Positions 26,365-39,755 of a DNA stretch of 64,000 bases are shown one piece after another. The translations under genes and the position numbers were made by a program. The stretch's first letter is position 1. Each line of letters begins with the position of its first letter. Under the pieces are notes generated by a model. The model did not search any database and was not told the origin of the DNA. It was given only the letters and a program-made list of their open reading frames with translations. The stretch lies in NCBI RefSeq assembly GCF_009914755.1, contig NC_060932.1. One strand, given 5' to 3'. The stretch comes from the human T2T-CHM13v2.0 reference genome, Homo sapiens.

Positions 26365-26892
26365 TCAAAGTATTATTATTTTAACAGATAATCAATATAA
26401 AAACTATTAATGAGCTATTTTATAATATATGTGCTACTAAATCCTTTAAATCTGGGGTGTATTTTCCCTTGACAGCACATCTCAATACAGACGCTTTTTT
26501 TTCTGAAATGCTTGATCTGTCTTCAGATTTCATAACATTTACAATTGAAAAAATAGACCTGCATACTCAAGTTGCTCCAATACACTGAAAACTTTCCCAA
26601 AAACTGAATTTTCAATTTTTAAATTTAAATATAAATTAATTTAAATTAAATATAATTTTAAAATCAGTTTCCCAGTCACACAGGCCATCATATTGGACAG
26701 CACGGCTTTAATATCTTATTGCTTGTTATAGTTTTCTACCAATTTGTGTCCTTGCTTTCATTTAAACTGAGATCTCCTCTGTCTGTTCACTACTTTATTC
26801 CTAGCACCAAGAATGGCAATCAGTGCAGCATTTAAGGAATAGTTATCAAATGACCACATGAACCTGCAGGCCAGAGAGTCCTATTTTTCAGA

Positions 26893-27140
26893 CAGCTTAG
26901 CACTGTGGCTAAAAGCACAGACTCCAGGGCCATACTGCCTGTCTTTGAACCCAACCTTGCTATCTCTAGCAATGAGAACCTTGTGCAACTTATTTAGCCT
27001 CCCTGTGCCTCAGTCTACTTGTCTGTTGATGAAGGGAATAACAGCACTTAGTACATGGTGTTGTGAGAATTCAATGGGTTAACATTTCTAAAGACTGTTT
27101 ACCTCAGGGCCTGGCCTTGGAAGCGCAGTGTTTGTTAAGT
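26893..27140 (+). mobile_element. MIR, near full length
   Basis: gtggctaaaagcacagactc...ttatttagcctccctgtgcctcagt...gttgtgagaattcaatg. Confidence 0.85.
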
Positions 27141-27789
27141 AAACTCTACCAAGTTTGGGCCCTCAGGTTGTTCAAAATTTGCTGAGCGTCAGGTCCCTGC
27201 ATCATCTTTAGGCTCCCACCCCACCTGACCGTTGCCTCTCTGCCTTTGTCTTGCAGTCCGGAGTATTCAACCCCAGCTGCTCTCATCGTTGGCCTCCCCA
27301 TCAACCATGGTGGTGTTGAGGCCACTCCCCATCACTCACCTGGCCCACTGCCCAGACTTGATGCCCACTGGCAATCCTGGTTCCCATGACTACCCATTCT
27401 CCACTGTGAAATGGAAAGGGAAATAGGGACTCCTTCCTTCCTATATAAGGCCATTTTGGAGGCCCCAGCACATCCTGCTTGCCCCAGGCTGTTCTGGAAG
27501 ATGCACACATACACAGGTGCATACATGCCTGTAGGGAAGCTGGGTCACCATAAGTGTATGTAACAGCCGCAGTCTGAACCTGGAACCATTTCTCCCAGCT
27601 ACGGCTCGCAGCCTTTGCCAAGACAGTTCACGAGACCATCCTCTCTCCCTCAGCATGAATCCTCTCCACAAAGTCCACAAATTTCTCTTGATTTTTTACT
27701 CCTACCTTCTGATGCTTGTATATATTTGAACGTCAGTGGTTGACATTGTCTAAATTCTTTTTATGGAAGGAGAGGTCTTGGCAGTTGTG

Positions 27790-27902
27790 GCAAGGTTAAG
27801 AGATCATTCTCTGTATATTCATCATTATGCAGAATTCAGCACACTTCCTGACAGATAGTGGAAACTCAATAAATATTTGTGGATTGAGGAATGGATGAAT
27901 AA
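27790..27902 (+). mobile_element. L2 3' terminus
   Basis: cagcacacttcctgacagatagtggaaactcaataaatatttgtggattgaggaatggatgaat. Confidence 0.7.
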
Positions 27903-28190
27903 ATTATGCTCCTTAGGCCCTGTGTAAGTCAGCTGGTTGAAGGGAAGGGGAGGGTCTATATTCTGTCACTTATACTCATATTGGACAGCACAGCTTTAAT
28001 ATCGTATTGCTTGTTATTGTTTTCTACTAGCTTGTGTCTTCACTTTCATTTAAGCAGAGATCTCCTCAGTCTGTTCACTACATTATTCTGGTTCTCAAAA
28101 ATGAAGTACAGTGTTATTCTCTCCCTATACCCCCAAAGCCAGCACAGAAACAATGTTTCCACAGGTATGTCTTAATTAATTCATTCATCA

Positions 28191-28484
28191 TTTTTCTTGA
28201 GATAGAGTCTTGCTCTGTTGCCCAGGCTGAAGTGCAGTTGGCACTATCATAACTCACTGCAGCCTCAAACTCCCGGGCTCAAAGGATCCTCCCTCCTCAA
28301 CCTCCCGTGTAGCTGGGACTACAGGTTCATGCCACCAAGCCTGGCTAATTTTTATTTTTATTTATGTAGAGACAGAGGTCTCGCTGTGTTGCCTAGGCTA
28401 GTCTGGAACTCCTGGCCTCAAGCAGTCCTCCTGCCTTAGCCTACCAAAGTACTGGGTTTACAGGTGTGACTACCATGCCCAGCC
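28191..28484 (-). mobile_element. AluJ (Jo/Jr-like)
   Basis: Antisense dimer with J features (tcataactcactgcagcctcaaactcc, ctggcctcaagcagtcctcc). Confidence 0.92.
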
Positions 28485-29047
28485 AGTATTGTCTTTAAAT
28501 ATCTAACCATAGAGAAAAGATATTTTATATGAGGTTTCCAGCATGATTTCTTTGCTTTTTAGCCAGAATATTTCTGAAAGACAGACCATCTATCTGGTCT
28601 GAGAGTGACTTACTTTGCAACAATATATGTGTAGTACACAAAAAAATTTCTCCTCATGATTGTAAGAATATGAGCACTTAAACTAAGCAATTTCTTCAGG
28701 TTTTATTCTTTTTTTTTACTCTATTAGCAAAAAGAAGTTTCAGTAGACAGAGGTACATGCTATTTAGCTAGGCCATGCCTTCATTTGGGGGAGTAATATT
28801 TTTGTCCTCTGGCAGGAAAGTGGAGTTACTAAAATTACTGTAAAACAAAAATTAAATCAATACAATGACAAAATAAGAAACACACCCATATTTGTCATAT
28901 CACAGGTTTGAGATGGCCAAGTTGACAATGATGTCTTGGACTTTGACAACACAAAACATAAGTGAACCCTCAGAGCCACTAGACAGTCCAATCTCAGCAT
29001 TCTACTGGATTTACTGTCCTCTCTAAGCCAATTATTTCATATTTTCT

Positions 29048-29450
29048 TGTGAGGGGTTGAATTGGGTTCCCCCTAAAAGAGATATGTTGAAATCTAACCC
29101 CTAATATTTCAGAATATGACCTTATTTGAAAATATGGTCATTAACTAATTACATTGTTGTAGATGTACTTTGTTAAGATGAGATCATACTGGAAAGGGTG
29201 AGCCCCCAATCCAATATGATTAGTGTTCTTGTAAAAAGAAGAGACAGGCACGCTGAGGAAAGAGTCCATGTGATAGCAGAGGATGGAAGTGATGACTCTA
29301 CATGCCAAGGAACCATAAGGATTGCCGACAAACCACCAGAAGATAGAGAACTAAGGAAGGATTCCCCTACAAGTTTCAGAAGGAGCATGGCCCTGTGACA
29401 CTTTGATTTCAGACTTCTAGCATAAAAGAAAATAGTTTTTTGCTTTGCAT
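29048..29450 (+). mobile_element. MLT1C-like solo LTR
   Basis: tgtgaggggttgaattgggttcccc...gaccttatttgaaaata...ggagcatggccctgtgacactttgatttcagacttctag. Confidence 0.85.
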
Positions 29451-29984
29451 TTACCATGTATTAACTGAGATACCATTTGTAGGACAGGGCTTCAGTAAAC
29501 AGCTTGTTTGTAGTAACAAGAGCAACAAAGTTATAATCATTTCATAGAAGATTCCTAGGAAAGACTGTGTAAACACCATCTATGTGCACCTGAGATTTTT
29601 TCCCTCTGTTGTGGGAAAAGTATGAATAAATAATCCTGAAATATCAAAGACTTAATATATTGAAAAAAATTAAGAAACTTTATTTCTAAAACTTGTAATA
29701 AACATAAGTTTAATTCCTAACATGGCTAAGTAATGTGAGCACATTTTTCCTTTTAGGCCATGGCACAAAAGTTACATTCAGTTTAAATTGAAATTTCCAT
29801 CATTAATATATCCTGGTATGCTAGGAGACAACCACCTCAACTGCCTTGCAAGAATTTTGCAGATACTGGCTTCTTTTTCATCCTATATTCCATGTTTAGT
29901 ATTGAATAAGAATTTGAGTCAGTGAAAGCTTTTACTTTTAAGAAGTGCATAATATTCAACCTTCAAATTCTCAGTGGCTTCTCT

Positions 29985-30441
29985 AGTTCAGGGGTACAAG
30001 TGCAGGTTTTTTACATAGGTAAACTTGTGTCATGGGGGACTGTTGTACAGAATATTTCACCACTGAGGTATTAAGCCTAGGACCCATTAGTTATTTTTCC
30101 TGATCCTCTCCCTCCTCCCACCCTCCACACTCTGAAAGGCCCTGGTGTGTGTTGTTCCCCTCTCTGTGTCCATGTGTTCTCATCATTTAGCTCTCACTTA
30201 TAAGTGAGAACATGTGGTATTTGGTTTTCTGTCCCTGTGTTAGTTTTCTAAAGATGATAGCCTTCAGCTCCGTCCATGTCCCTGCAAGGAACATGATCTC
30301 ATTCCTTTTTATGGCTGCATAGTATTCCATGGTGTATATGTACCACATTTTCTTTAGCCAGTCTATCATTCATGGACAACTACGTTGATTCTATGTCTTT
30401 GCTATTGTGAATATTGCTGCGATGAATATATACATGCATGT
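29985..30441 (-). mobile_element. L1PA13-like 3' end
   Basis: Minus ORF 30187-30369 is the ORF2 C-terminus (KKMWYIYTMEYYAAIKRNE...) followed by 3'UTR; poly(A) tail not visible. Confidence 0.92.
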
Positions 30442-30639
30442 ACTTACTAGATACACTTATACTTGCTAGGAGAGGAATTTCCAAGTTGCTATTATCGTGT
30501 TATTAGGTCTATGTGACTACATCACACTGTTGGAAAACATCCACAGGAACTGCCTGTTTTCAAGACCAATTTGCTCTATTGTAATTGAATCTAGTCCATC
30601 AGTTAATGTTTGGTCCTCTGTGAGATTTGAGAAGCATCT

Positions 30640-30860
30640 TTTTATAGAAAGAGCTTTGACTTTAAAGCCAGACTGAAGTCTCTGCTCAACCATTTACAGC
30701 TAAAGCCCAGTTATTTCATTTGGACAGCAGAGACTATAATCCTAACTTGAAGAGCTATTGAACATATTTGAAAGGCTAGATAGATAGATAGACAGATAGA
30801 TAGATATACATAGTTTCAGCATGATACATGTTCAATAAAGAAAAGTTGTTACTTATTTTT
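30640..30860 (+). mobile_element. Decayed MIR containing an imperfect (GATA)n at 30777-30806
   Basis: agaaagagctttgactttaaagccagac...; tagatagatagatagacagatagatagata. Confidence 0.55.
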
Positions 30861-31134
30861 GTCATTATTTTTCAGTGGCAAAAGTGGACACCAGTGCATT
30901 GCTATTCTACATGTAATGGTTCTGAGCTTATTTCTTCTGAGGCAATTGGAGCAGATGGACCATTTAAGCCCTTGAAGCTTATGATGTATTCGTGGAGCAC
31001 CTGAACTGTCATTTCAAAGAATACATCACCATTTTATTGAGGACAATAATACGAAATGTGATAGATTGCCTGGTTAAATCTCAAACCACTTCATCTGGTT
31101 ACTTTGGGATTTTCCTTTTTTCCAGGAAAAAAGA

Positions 31135-31361
31135 TTATGGAGGTATAATTGACAAAAGTTGTGTATATTTTAGGTGTACATATGATGTTTTGCTATATTT
31201 ATATGTGGTAAAATGTTTACCAAAATCAAGTTATTTAAGATCTACTCTTTTAGCAAATCTCAACTATACATTATTAATTATAGTCATCATACTATACATT
31301 GGGTCTCCAGAATTTATTTTTTCCATAATTGAAAGTTTGTACCCTTTGGCCAGCATCTCTT
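31135..31361 (-). mobile_element. L1MA9-like 3' end
   Basis: gaggtataattgacaaaa...ttaagatctactcttttagcaaat...gaaagtttgtaccctttggccagcatctc. Confidence 0.85.
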
Positions 31362-33989
31362 CACTGTGGCATTTTATAAAGCAGGTTTTTCAATTATATT
31401 TTCCAGAAGGGCACTGATAAAGGAGGACGTCTAACACATCCTCATGGATATATTGAGATAATGCTTACTTCCACAAGAACACGTATGTAACTCCAAATCC
31501 AATGTGATTGAGACAATGGGTGATATTATAAGGATAGTCTTTTTTTAAAAAAAAAAATACTTTCCATGAACCTTAGTACCATGTTATTCATAATAAATCA
31601 TCTTTGTCATATCACTGCTGATCATGACACACTAGATTCTGGCTGCATCCCCATGGGGAATGCTGCTGCTATAAACCATGCAAGAACCTAGGAATACAAC
31701 AATTATAACCTAAGAGGTGAAAAGATGAACAATAGTGTGTGAAAAACATCAAGATGAGAGAGACAGACTAAAATATTTAGCCATCAATGATCTGATGTGG
31801 CATCACATGAAGATGTGCTTCTAAGTGCAAATGAATAGCCCATGAACTGGACTCATGAAAATTACCTATGCCAAGAAAAAAATCATCATTTACTAATAAA
31901 TGTATCACAACTGTCATTCCAATGAATATTCATCACACACACACGCACATATTCAGAAGCTGCTGAACTCAAATAACTGGACTTGGCTATTTTTCCCTAT
32001 TTCGTTCAGACACTATACAGTTCATCACCAGGGCAGTGCAAGAAATGATTACCACCTTCATTATGCAACCTCTGTATTCATTGGCAAAGGAAAAAAGTTA
32101 ATAGTATTCATGTGATTGTCAACGATGTATACTTCGTTGTTAGAGAAAGATAAGAGTTTAAAACAATTTTTTATCTCTATGTTTATCTTCTACATTGTCA
32201 TGTAAAACCAAAAATCTGAGATTTGAATACTTCACAAGACTAGCCATAAGCTTTCTGTTTGCTGGTTTGTATCTTTTCTTGCTTTCAATTTTAACACAGT
32301 CAAAACCCTAAGGGATTAGTTCTCATCTCTTAAGAATGACTGTTTAGCATATAATTTATTACCACCTTCGGTATGCATAAACTCCCTATTTTATTTAAAG
32401 ATACCAGGTGCAATATTACCATGGATCTAAACTGGAAATCAGACTCCCAAATGAGATATGTTTTCCTTAGTGGTTGTGTAAAATTCCCATTATGCTAATA
32501 GTACTTCAGAGTGCATGTTAAGAAAGAATATAGCCCTAAGTGTCTATTTATGAAAGCTTCTCTTTGAAAAGGAAAGTCTTTTAAAATGATACTCATTTTT
32601 AGTACATGAAAAGTATTAGACATTCTCGTGATTGGTTAATTGTACCATGATTTTCACAAAATAGTTAAATCCCATTTACTTCTGGAAATCTGGATTATAT
32701 AAAACTCTCATTATTCTGGTGGTGCTACACTATTGGCTACACATTGTTTATATGTTCATTCCTTAGGCATCCTGAATAATTTTTGTTATATTTCAACATT
32801 TGAGACATTTGGGATCCACAGCAGTTTTTTAAAAAGTGTTTTAACTACATGTCTTGCCCTTTTTCTTGTCTCAATTTAAGTTTCTTTTTAAATTGAGAAA
32901 TGTATTTATTTGATGAAATGAGCTAAAAGCATATTTTAATAATTTTCAATTACTCCATAAGGGTAACATCTGGCTGTTTACATCAAAAGGCAAAATATGG
33001 TATTCATAAGAGTTTATAAATAATATATATATATTAGATCAGATGAATTCTCTATGAAGTTTTTACTCTGCCACCTACAGTGAATATATAAACTTAAAAG
33101 ATTAATTGAATATTCTCTAACCATGAATAAGCAAATTCCCATTACTTAATACTACAATATAGATTTCCAAAGTAATTAACACTTTGCATTTCTGTTCCGT
33201 GAAATTCTGTCTGTAGCATATTAAGTATACTTTTGTACTGAAAGGAGTTTCTTCATGACCAAAAATACTCTTCAGGGGCAAAGTAAGAATTTTGTACACT
33301 AAACCGTCACCAAATGATTCTATAGGGTCTAACACAATCACTTTGTTTTCTAAGTATTGCTACCTTATTTCTGGAAATGCTTTACCCCTCTGGGAGACAC
33401 AGTCTAACCAGTTTGATTAAAGTCATTTGGAACAATGTCCTTCTTTATCCTCTTTCCTTTTACTGTATTTGTGTGAAAATCTATTACGGACACTCCATTG
33501 TGCAGGTATAGTAATTAAAACCAGGTGGAAAGTTGGTATATATTTGTATCTTTTCAGTAATTGCAATAGACTCAAATATTTCTAATTGAAACGACTGGAT
33601 TCCTCCTCCAACTATTGTCTCCACAGAATTACATGAAACTCTTACCATGACACTCTGCCCAGGCCTGTTCCTCATCATTATCTTGTTCCCTCCTACTAAT
33701 GGGACACTTTTACCAAATTTTGGCTGACCTCATTCAGGTGGAAAGGAGAAGAATTTATTAAATCAATTTTTATATATAAGAGCACAGGATTTCCTTCCCT
33801 TTCACCAACTCTCCCACTCCTCTCTCTCCCCCATATAGAATGTGAACAAGAAATATTTGTTGAATGCACAGACTCCCTGCAAACTATTTTTTTCTTTTTG
33901 ATCAAAATGAATAATTCATTAGACTAATAAGAAACACACACACACAATTTATTACCATTCATCAGACGTCTGTTTTAGGGTCTCCTCTG

Positions 33990-34148
33990 ACATTATGAAA
34001 CTTGCTTAGTTTCCCCATCTGTAAGATGGAGATAACAATAACATCAACCTCACATATTGTTGTAGGCATTAAATAAGTTACTACCTTATTCTAAGTACCT
34101 GGCACACATTACTCACTTTATACATGATAACAATTATTATGATTATTA
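33990..34148 (+). mobile_element. MIR 3' half
   Basis: cttagtttccccatctgtaagatggagataacaataacatcaacctcacatattgttgtaggcattaaataag. Confidence 0.8.
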
Positions 34149-34455
34149 TGGTCAATTGTTCTTTCGGGGATAACATGATCAACGAGTGTGTAGATCTCAT
34201 GTTACCAGAGATACAAACCCTGAAAAGGAGTAGATTCTATTCTAAAGTTGAACTACTTGTCCTTCTGGGAAGCATGCATTCTTCATTAGGTCCTTGACAG
34301 ATACAAGCACAGGTATCTAAGAATAATTATACTCTCCCAGCAGAAGATGGGAAAATGGAAAACCACAGAGACCAAGAGTAACAAGGGCAGAAGCACAATT
34401 AGGCAACATGTTGCTGCTTGGGCTCTGACCTCCCAGCACCTATTTCTCAATCAGA

Positions 34456-37400
34456 TTTTTGTTTTGTTTGTTTTGTGGATTTTAAAACTGCGATAGGAAA
34501 CACATAACAAAATTTACCATCTTGACCATTTTTAAGTGCACACTTTGATAGTGTTAACTATATTCCCATTGTTGTGCAACAAATCTCCAGAAATTTTTCA
34601 TCTTGCACATTGAAACTCTGTACCCATTTAACAAAACCTTTCCATTTCACACCTCTCCCCATCCCCTGGTAACCACCATGCTACCTTCTGTTTCTATAAA
34701 TTTGACTACTTTAGACACCTCATATAAGTGAAATCATACAATATTTGTCTTTTCATGACTGGCTTAATTCACTATAATGTCCTTAAGGTTCATCCGTACT
34801 GTAGCATGTGACAAGATTCCCTTCCGTTTTAAGAATTAATAATATTTCATTGTATATATATATATACCACATTTTCTTTATCCATTCACCTGCCAATAAG
34901 CATTTAGCTTGTTTCCACCTTTGGCTATTGTGAATAACACTGCAATAAACATAGGAGTGCAAAAATATCTTTGAGATCCTGCTTTTAATCCTTTTGGAAA
35001 TATACCCAGAAGTGGGACTGCTGAGTCATATGGTAGTTCTATTTTCGCTTTTTTGAGAAACTGTCATGCTGATTTTCATAGCAATTGCACTATTTTACAA
35101 TCCAATCAACGTTGTACAAGAGTTCCAGTTTCTCCACATCCTCCCTAACACTTGTTATTTTTTTTTTTTTTTGATAGTAGCCATTTTGATGGGTAGGGAG
35201 TGATATCTCACTGTAGTTTTGATTTGCATTTTTCTAATGACTAGTGATGTTGAGCTTATTTTCATAAGTTTGTTGGCTATTTAAATATCATCTTTGGAGT
35301 AATGTTTATTTAAGTCCTTTGCCAATTTTTTAATTGGATTATTTGTGAATATTTTGTTGTCATTTTTTGGTTACAGGAAGTTTTTAAAAATAAATTCTCA
35401 ATATGAACTACTAATGAGAAATATGATTTGCAAATATTTCTCCCATTCTGTAGGTTGACGTTTTACTGTATTGACAATGCTCCTTGGTGCACAGAAGTTT
35501 TTAAGTTTGATATAGTCCAAGTTGTCTATTTTTGTTTTGTTGCCTTATACTTTTGATGTAATGTCTAAGAAATCACTGCCAAATTCAAATTTATGAAGTT
35601 CTGTCATCATGATTTCTTCTAGGAGTTTTATAGTTTGGTTTTTATTTAGGTCCTTAATTTATTTTGAGTTAATTTTTGAATGTGGTGTAAAAATCTAACT
35701 TTTACATGAGGATATCCAGTTTTCCCAACACTATTTGTTGAAGAGACTGTCCTTTCCCCATTGAGTGAACTTGGAACCCTTGTCTGGCTTTTTATTCTAT
35801 TCCAGTGGACTATATATCTATCTTTATACCAGTACTACAATGTTTTGATTACTATAGTTTTGTAATATGTTTTGAAAACAAGAAGTATCACACTTCCGAT
35901 TTTTTTTAATCTTTCAATATTGTTCAGACTATTCTGGGTCTCTTAAAATTTCACATTTTTTTATAGGTTTTTCTATTTCTGAAAAAGAAATATTGCTGGG
36001 ATTTTGATACAGACTGTGGTTGAATCTGTAGGTCACTTTGGACAATATGGACATCTTAACAATATTAAGTCTTCTAATCCATGAACATAGAATGCCTTGC
36101 CATTTATTTGTATCTGCTTTTATTTCTTTCAGGAATATTTTGTAGTTGTCAGTGTGCAAATTTTTCACCTCCTTGGTTATGTTTATTCCTAAGTATTTTA
36201 TTTTTTGGTGCTGTCACAAATGGAATTGTTTTCTTAATTTTCTCTATGGATTGTTTATTGTTACCATAAGAAATGCAACTGATTTTTGTGTTTTGATTTT
36301 GTATCTTGCAACTTTGCTAAATTTGTTTAATAGTTCTGACAGTTTTTTATGCATGTTTTCTAAGGTTTTCTAAGATTATGTAATCTGTGAACAGAGATAA
36401 TTTTAATGCTTATTTTCAAATTTGAATGTCTTTTATTTCCTTTTCTTCCTAACTATTCTGGCTAGTGCTTTCAGTTCTATATCTAATATACATGCAGCTT
36501 TCTTGTCATGTCTTTAATCTTAAAGGAAAACCTTTCAGTCTTTTACCATTGAGTATATTAACTGTGGGTTTTCATATATGGACTTTATTATGTTGAGATA
36601 GTTTCCTTCTATTCCTAGTTTGTGTTTTTAACATTATAAAGGTGCTGAATCTTGTCAAATACTTTTTCTGTATCAATTGAGATAATTAAGTAGCTTTTGT
36701 TATTCATTCTGTAAATGTGATGTATTACATTGATCAATTTTTGTGTGTTGACTCTTCCTTGCATTTCAGGAATAAATCCCGCTTTGTCATGGTTTATAAT
36801 CCTATTCATGTGCTGTAGAATTTGGTTTACTCGTGTTTTGGTGAGGATTTTTGCATCAATATTTATAAGAGATTTTCATCAGTAATTTTATTTTTTTATG
36901 TCATTGGTATCAGGGTAAAGATGGTGTCATAGAATTATTTGGGAAGTGTTCTCTTCAATTTTTAAAAAGATTTTAAAGAAGATTATTACTGACTCTTCAT
37001 TAAATGTTGGGGAAAATTCTTCGATGAAACCATCTGGTTCTGGCTTTTCTTTCTTGGGAGGTTTGTTTCAGTGCCATCAGTAATGATGTCTCTCTTTCAT
37101 TTCTGATTTTATATGTTTGACTCTTCTCTCTTTTTTTCTTAGTTAATGTAACTAAGGATGTCAATTTTGTTGATCATCTCAAAAATTAACATTCCATTTC
37201 ATTGTTTATTTTTGTTTTTCAATTCTCTATTTCATTTATCTCTATTGTAATCTTTACTATTTCTTTATGCTAACTTCAGATTTAGTTTGCTGCTTTTCTA
37301 GTTCCTTGAAGTGTGAAGATGGGTTGTTGATTTTAAATATTTCTCTTTTTTAATAGCAACATTTACAGCTATAAATTTCCCTCTTCACACTGCTTTTACT

Positions 37401-39755
37401 GCATTATCTAAGTTTTGCTATGTTGTGTTTTTATTTTCCTTTTTCTCAAGGCATTTTGTAATTTCTCTTTGATTTCTTCTTTCACCCATTGAATACTTAA
37501 GATGACATCATGTTGCTTAACTTTCATGTATTTGTAGATTTTCCAGTTTTTCTTCTGCCACTGATTTCTAGTTTCATTCTATCATAATCAAAAAAATACT
37601 TTGTATAATTTCTATATTTTTAAATTTGCTAAAATGTCCTTGTGGCCCAATGTGTAGTCTATGCTGAAGGATGTTCCATGTACACTTGAGAAGAATGCAT
37701 ATTCTGCCATTGTTGATGGAGTGTGCTCTTTGTATCTGGTAAGTCCAAATGGTATATAGTTTTATTTAAGTCCTCTACTTACTCTTTGGTCTTCTGTTTG
37801 GTTGTTCTATTCTTTATTTAAAGTGGACATTGACCATTGACATCTTCTACTGTTATTGTGTCACTGTGTCTTCCTTCAATTCTATTGATGTATGCTTCAT
37901 ATATTTGGAAGCTCTAATTTTTGGTGTACATATATTTATAATTGCTACATCTTCTTGGTGAATTGATGTCTTTGTCATTATATAATGTCCTTATTTGTCT
38001 CTTGTAACAGTTTTGACTTAAAGTCAATTTTATCTGTTGGTTAACCATTCATATGGATTATCTTTCTTCATCTCTTGACTTTCAGTTTATGTATATCATT
38101 AGGTCTAAAGTAAGCCTCTTGTAGACAGTGCATAAATTCTGGCTTTTTTATTTATTTATTTTGTTGTTGTTGTTGTTGCTGTTTTAAAAAGAGAAATCTT
38201 AGCCTATCTATGCCTTTCCATTTGGGAGTTTAACCAATTTACATTTAATGTAATTGCTGACAGGGAAGGGCTCACTAATTACCATTCTGTTAATTGCTTT
38301 CTGTATGTCTTTTGGCCTTTTTCCCTTTTCTTTCTTATTGCCTTCTTTTGTGTTTTGTTCATTCCTTGTAGTGTCATACATTGATTTCTTTCTCATTTCC
38401 TTTTGCGTACTGTTGTTCCCCCACACACATCTTATGTTATTAATATCACATATTATATCTTTATATATTACACGTTTATTAACAGATATTCATAGCTTTT
38501 ATGCTTTTGTCTTTCAAATTCTATACAAGAATTAAAAGTGGATTTATGCACCAAAAATACAATAATACAGATTACTGTATCTGTCCATGTATTTACCTTT
38601 AGCATAAAACTTTCTATTTTTATATGGCTTTCTTTCTGTTGCTTGCTAGTATCCCTTTGTTTCAACATATGGACTCCCTTCAGCATTTCTTATAAAGCGG
38701 GTCTAGTGGGAATGACCTCCTTCAACTTTTATTTATCTGGAAAAGTCTTAATTTTGCCTTCATTTTTAAAGAAAAAATTTGCTGTTCATGGTATTCTCGT
38801 TTGACTGTTTCCCCCGCCTCCCTACCATCATGTTGAATGTATCGTCTCACTGCCGTGTAGCCTGCCAGGTTTCTGCTGAGAAATCCACTGATAATTTTAT
38901 AGAGGTTCCCTCGTATGTGATGAGTCACATTCTCTTGCTGCTTTCAAGAGTCTCGTTTTGTCTCTGACTTCCAACAATTTAAATATAACATATCTTGGTG
39001 TGGGTTTCTTTGGATTTACCATAGTTGGATTACATTGAAGTTCTTGAATTTGTATGCCCATTTCTTTACTCAAATTTGGGAACTTTTTGGCCATTATTTT
39101 TTTCCCACAGGCTCAGTGCCTCTTTTTTAATCTTTTTCTTGGACTTCCAAATTGCAAATATTTTTTATTTGATGATACTGCATAAATCCCTTAGGCTCTC
39201 TTCACTTTTATGCATTCTTTTTTCCTTTTGCTCCTCTGACTTAATGATTTCAAATGACCTGCCTTCATACTCATCGATTCTTTCTTTCTTCTGCCTAAGT
39301 CCGCTGTTGGATTTTCTGGTTAATTTTTCAATGTTGTTATAGTGTTATTCAGTGTCAGAATTTCTGTTTGGTTCTTTTTTACAGTTTCTATTTCATTGTT
39401 GATAGTCTCATTTTGTTTATGCATCTTTATTTTGTTTACTTGTCTTTGTTCTCTTTTAGCTTATTAAGCATCTTTAATATAGTTATTTTAAGTTTTCAGG
39501 TAGTTCAAAGATCTGTTTCTTTAGGGCCCATTTCTGAGCTGTATTTTGTTCCTTTGGTTGTGCCATGTTTTGTAGTTTCTTTGGTATGTTGTGTGGATTT
39601 TTGTTGTTGTTCAGTAGGGCTTTTGATAAAACAATCACCTCTCCTCTTTACAGACTGCCTTCATGCAAGAGAAAACTACCAATTTGCTCAGCTAGAGGTT
39701 CTGGAACCTCTCAAACCTTGTCTGAGATGTTTTCTTGGTTTGTGCATGTTCTAAT
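34456..39755 (-). mobile_element. Long decayed L1MB (MB2-like): 3'UTR, ORF2 and ORF1 remnants
   Basis: Minus ORFs at 35929-36168 and 36615-36809 (RT: IINHDKAGFIPEMQGR...IISIDTEKVFDKIQH) and 38897-39094 (ORF1-like); L1MB-type 3'UTR at 34480-34760. Confidence 0.93.

Larger units (their letters stand above)
25541..26705 (+). mobile_element. MER33/Charlie5-type hAT MITE split by two Alus
   Basis: aaatataatgcga...tttagtagtcac...aaacagctgaaattaattttaata...cagcacatctcaat...catattggacagcac; near 8-bp TSD ctctatta/ctttaata. Confidence 0.8.
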
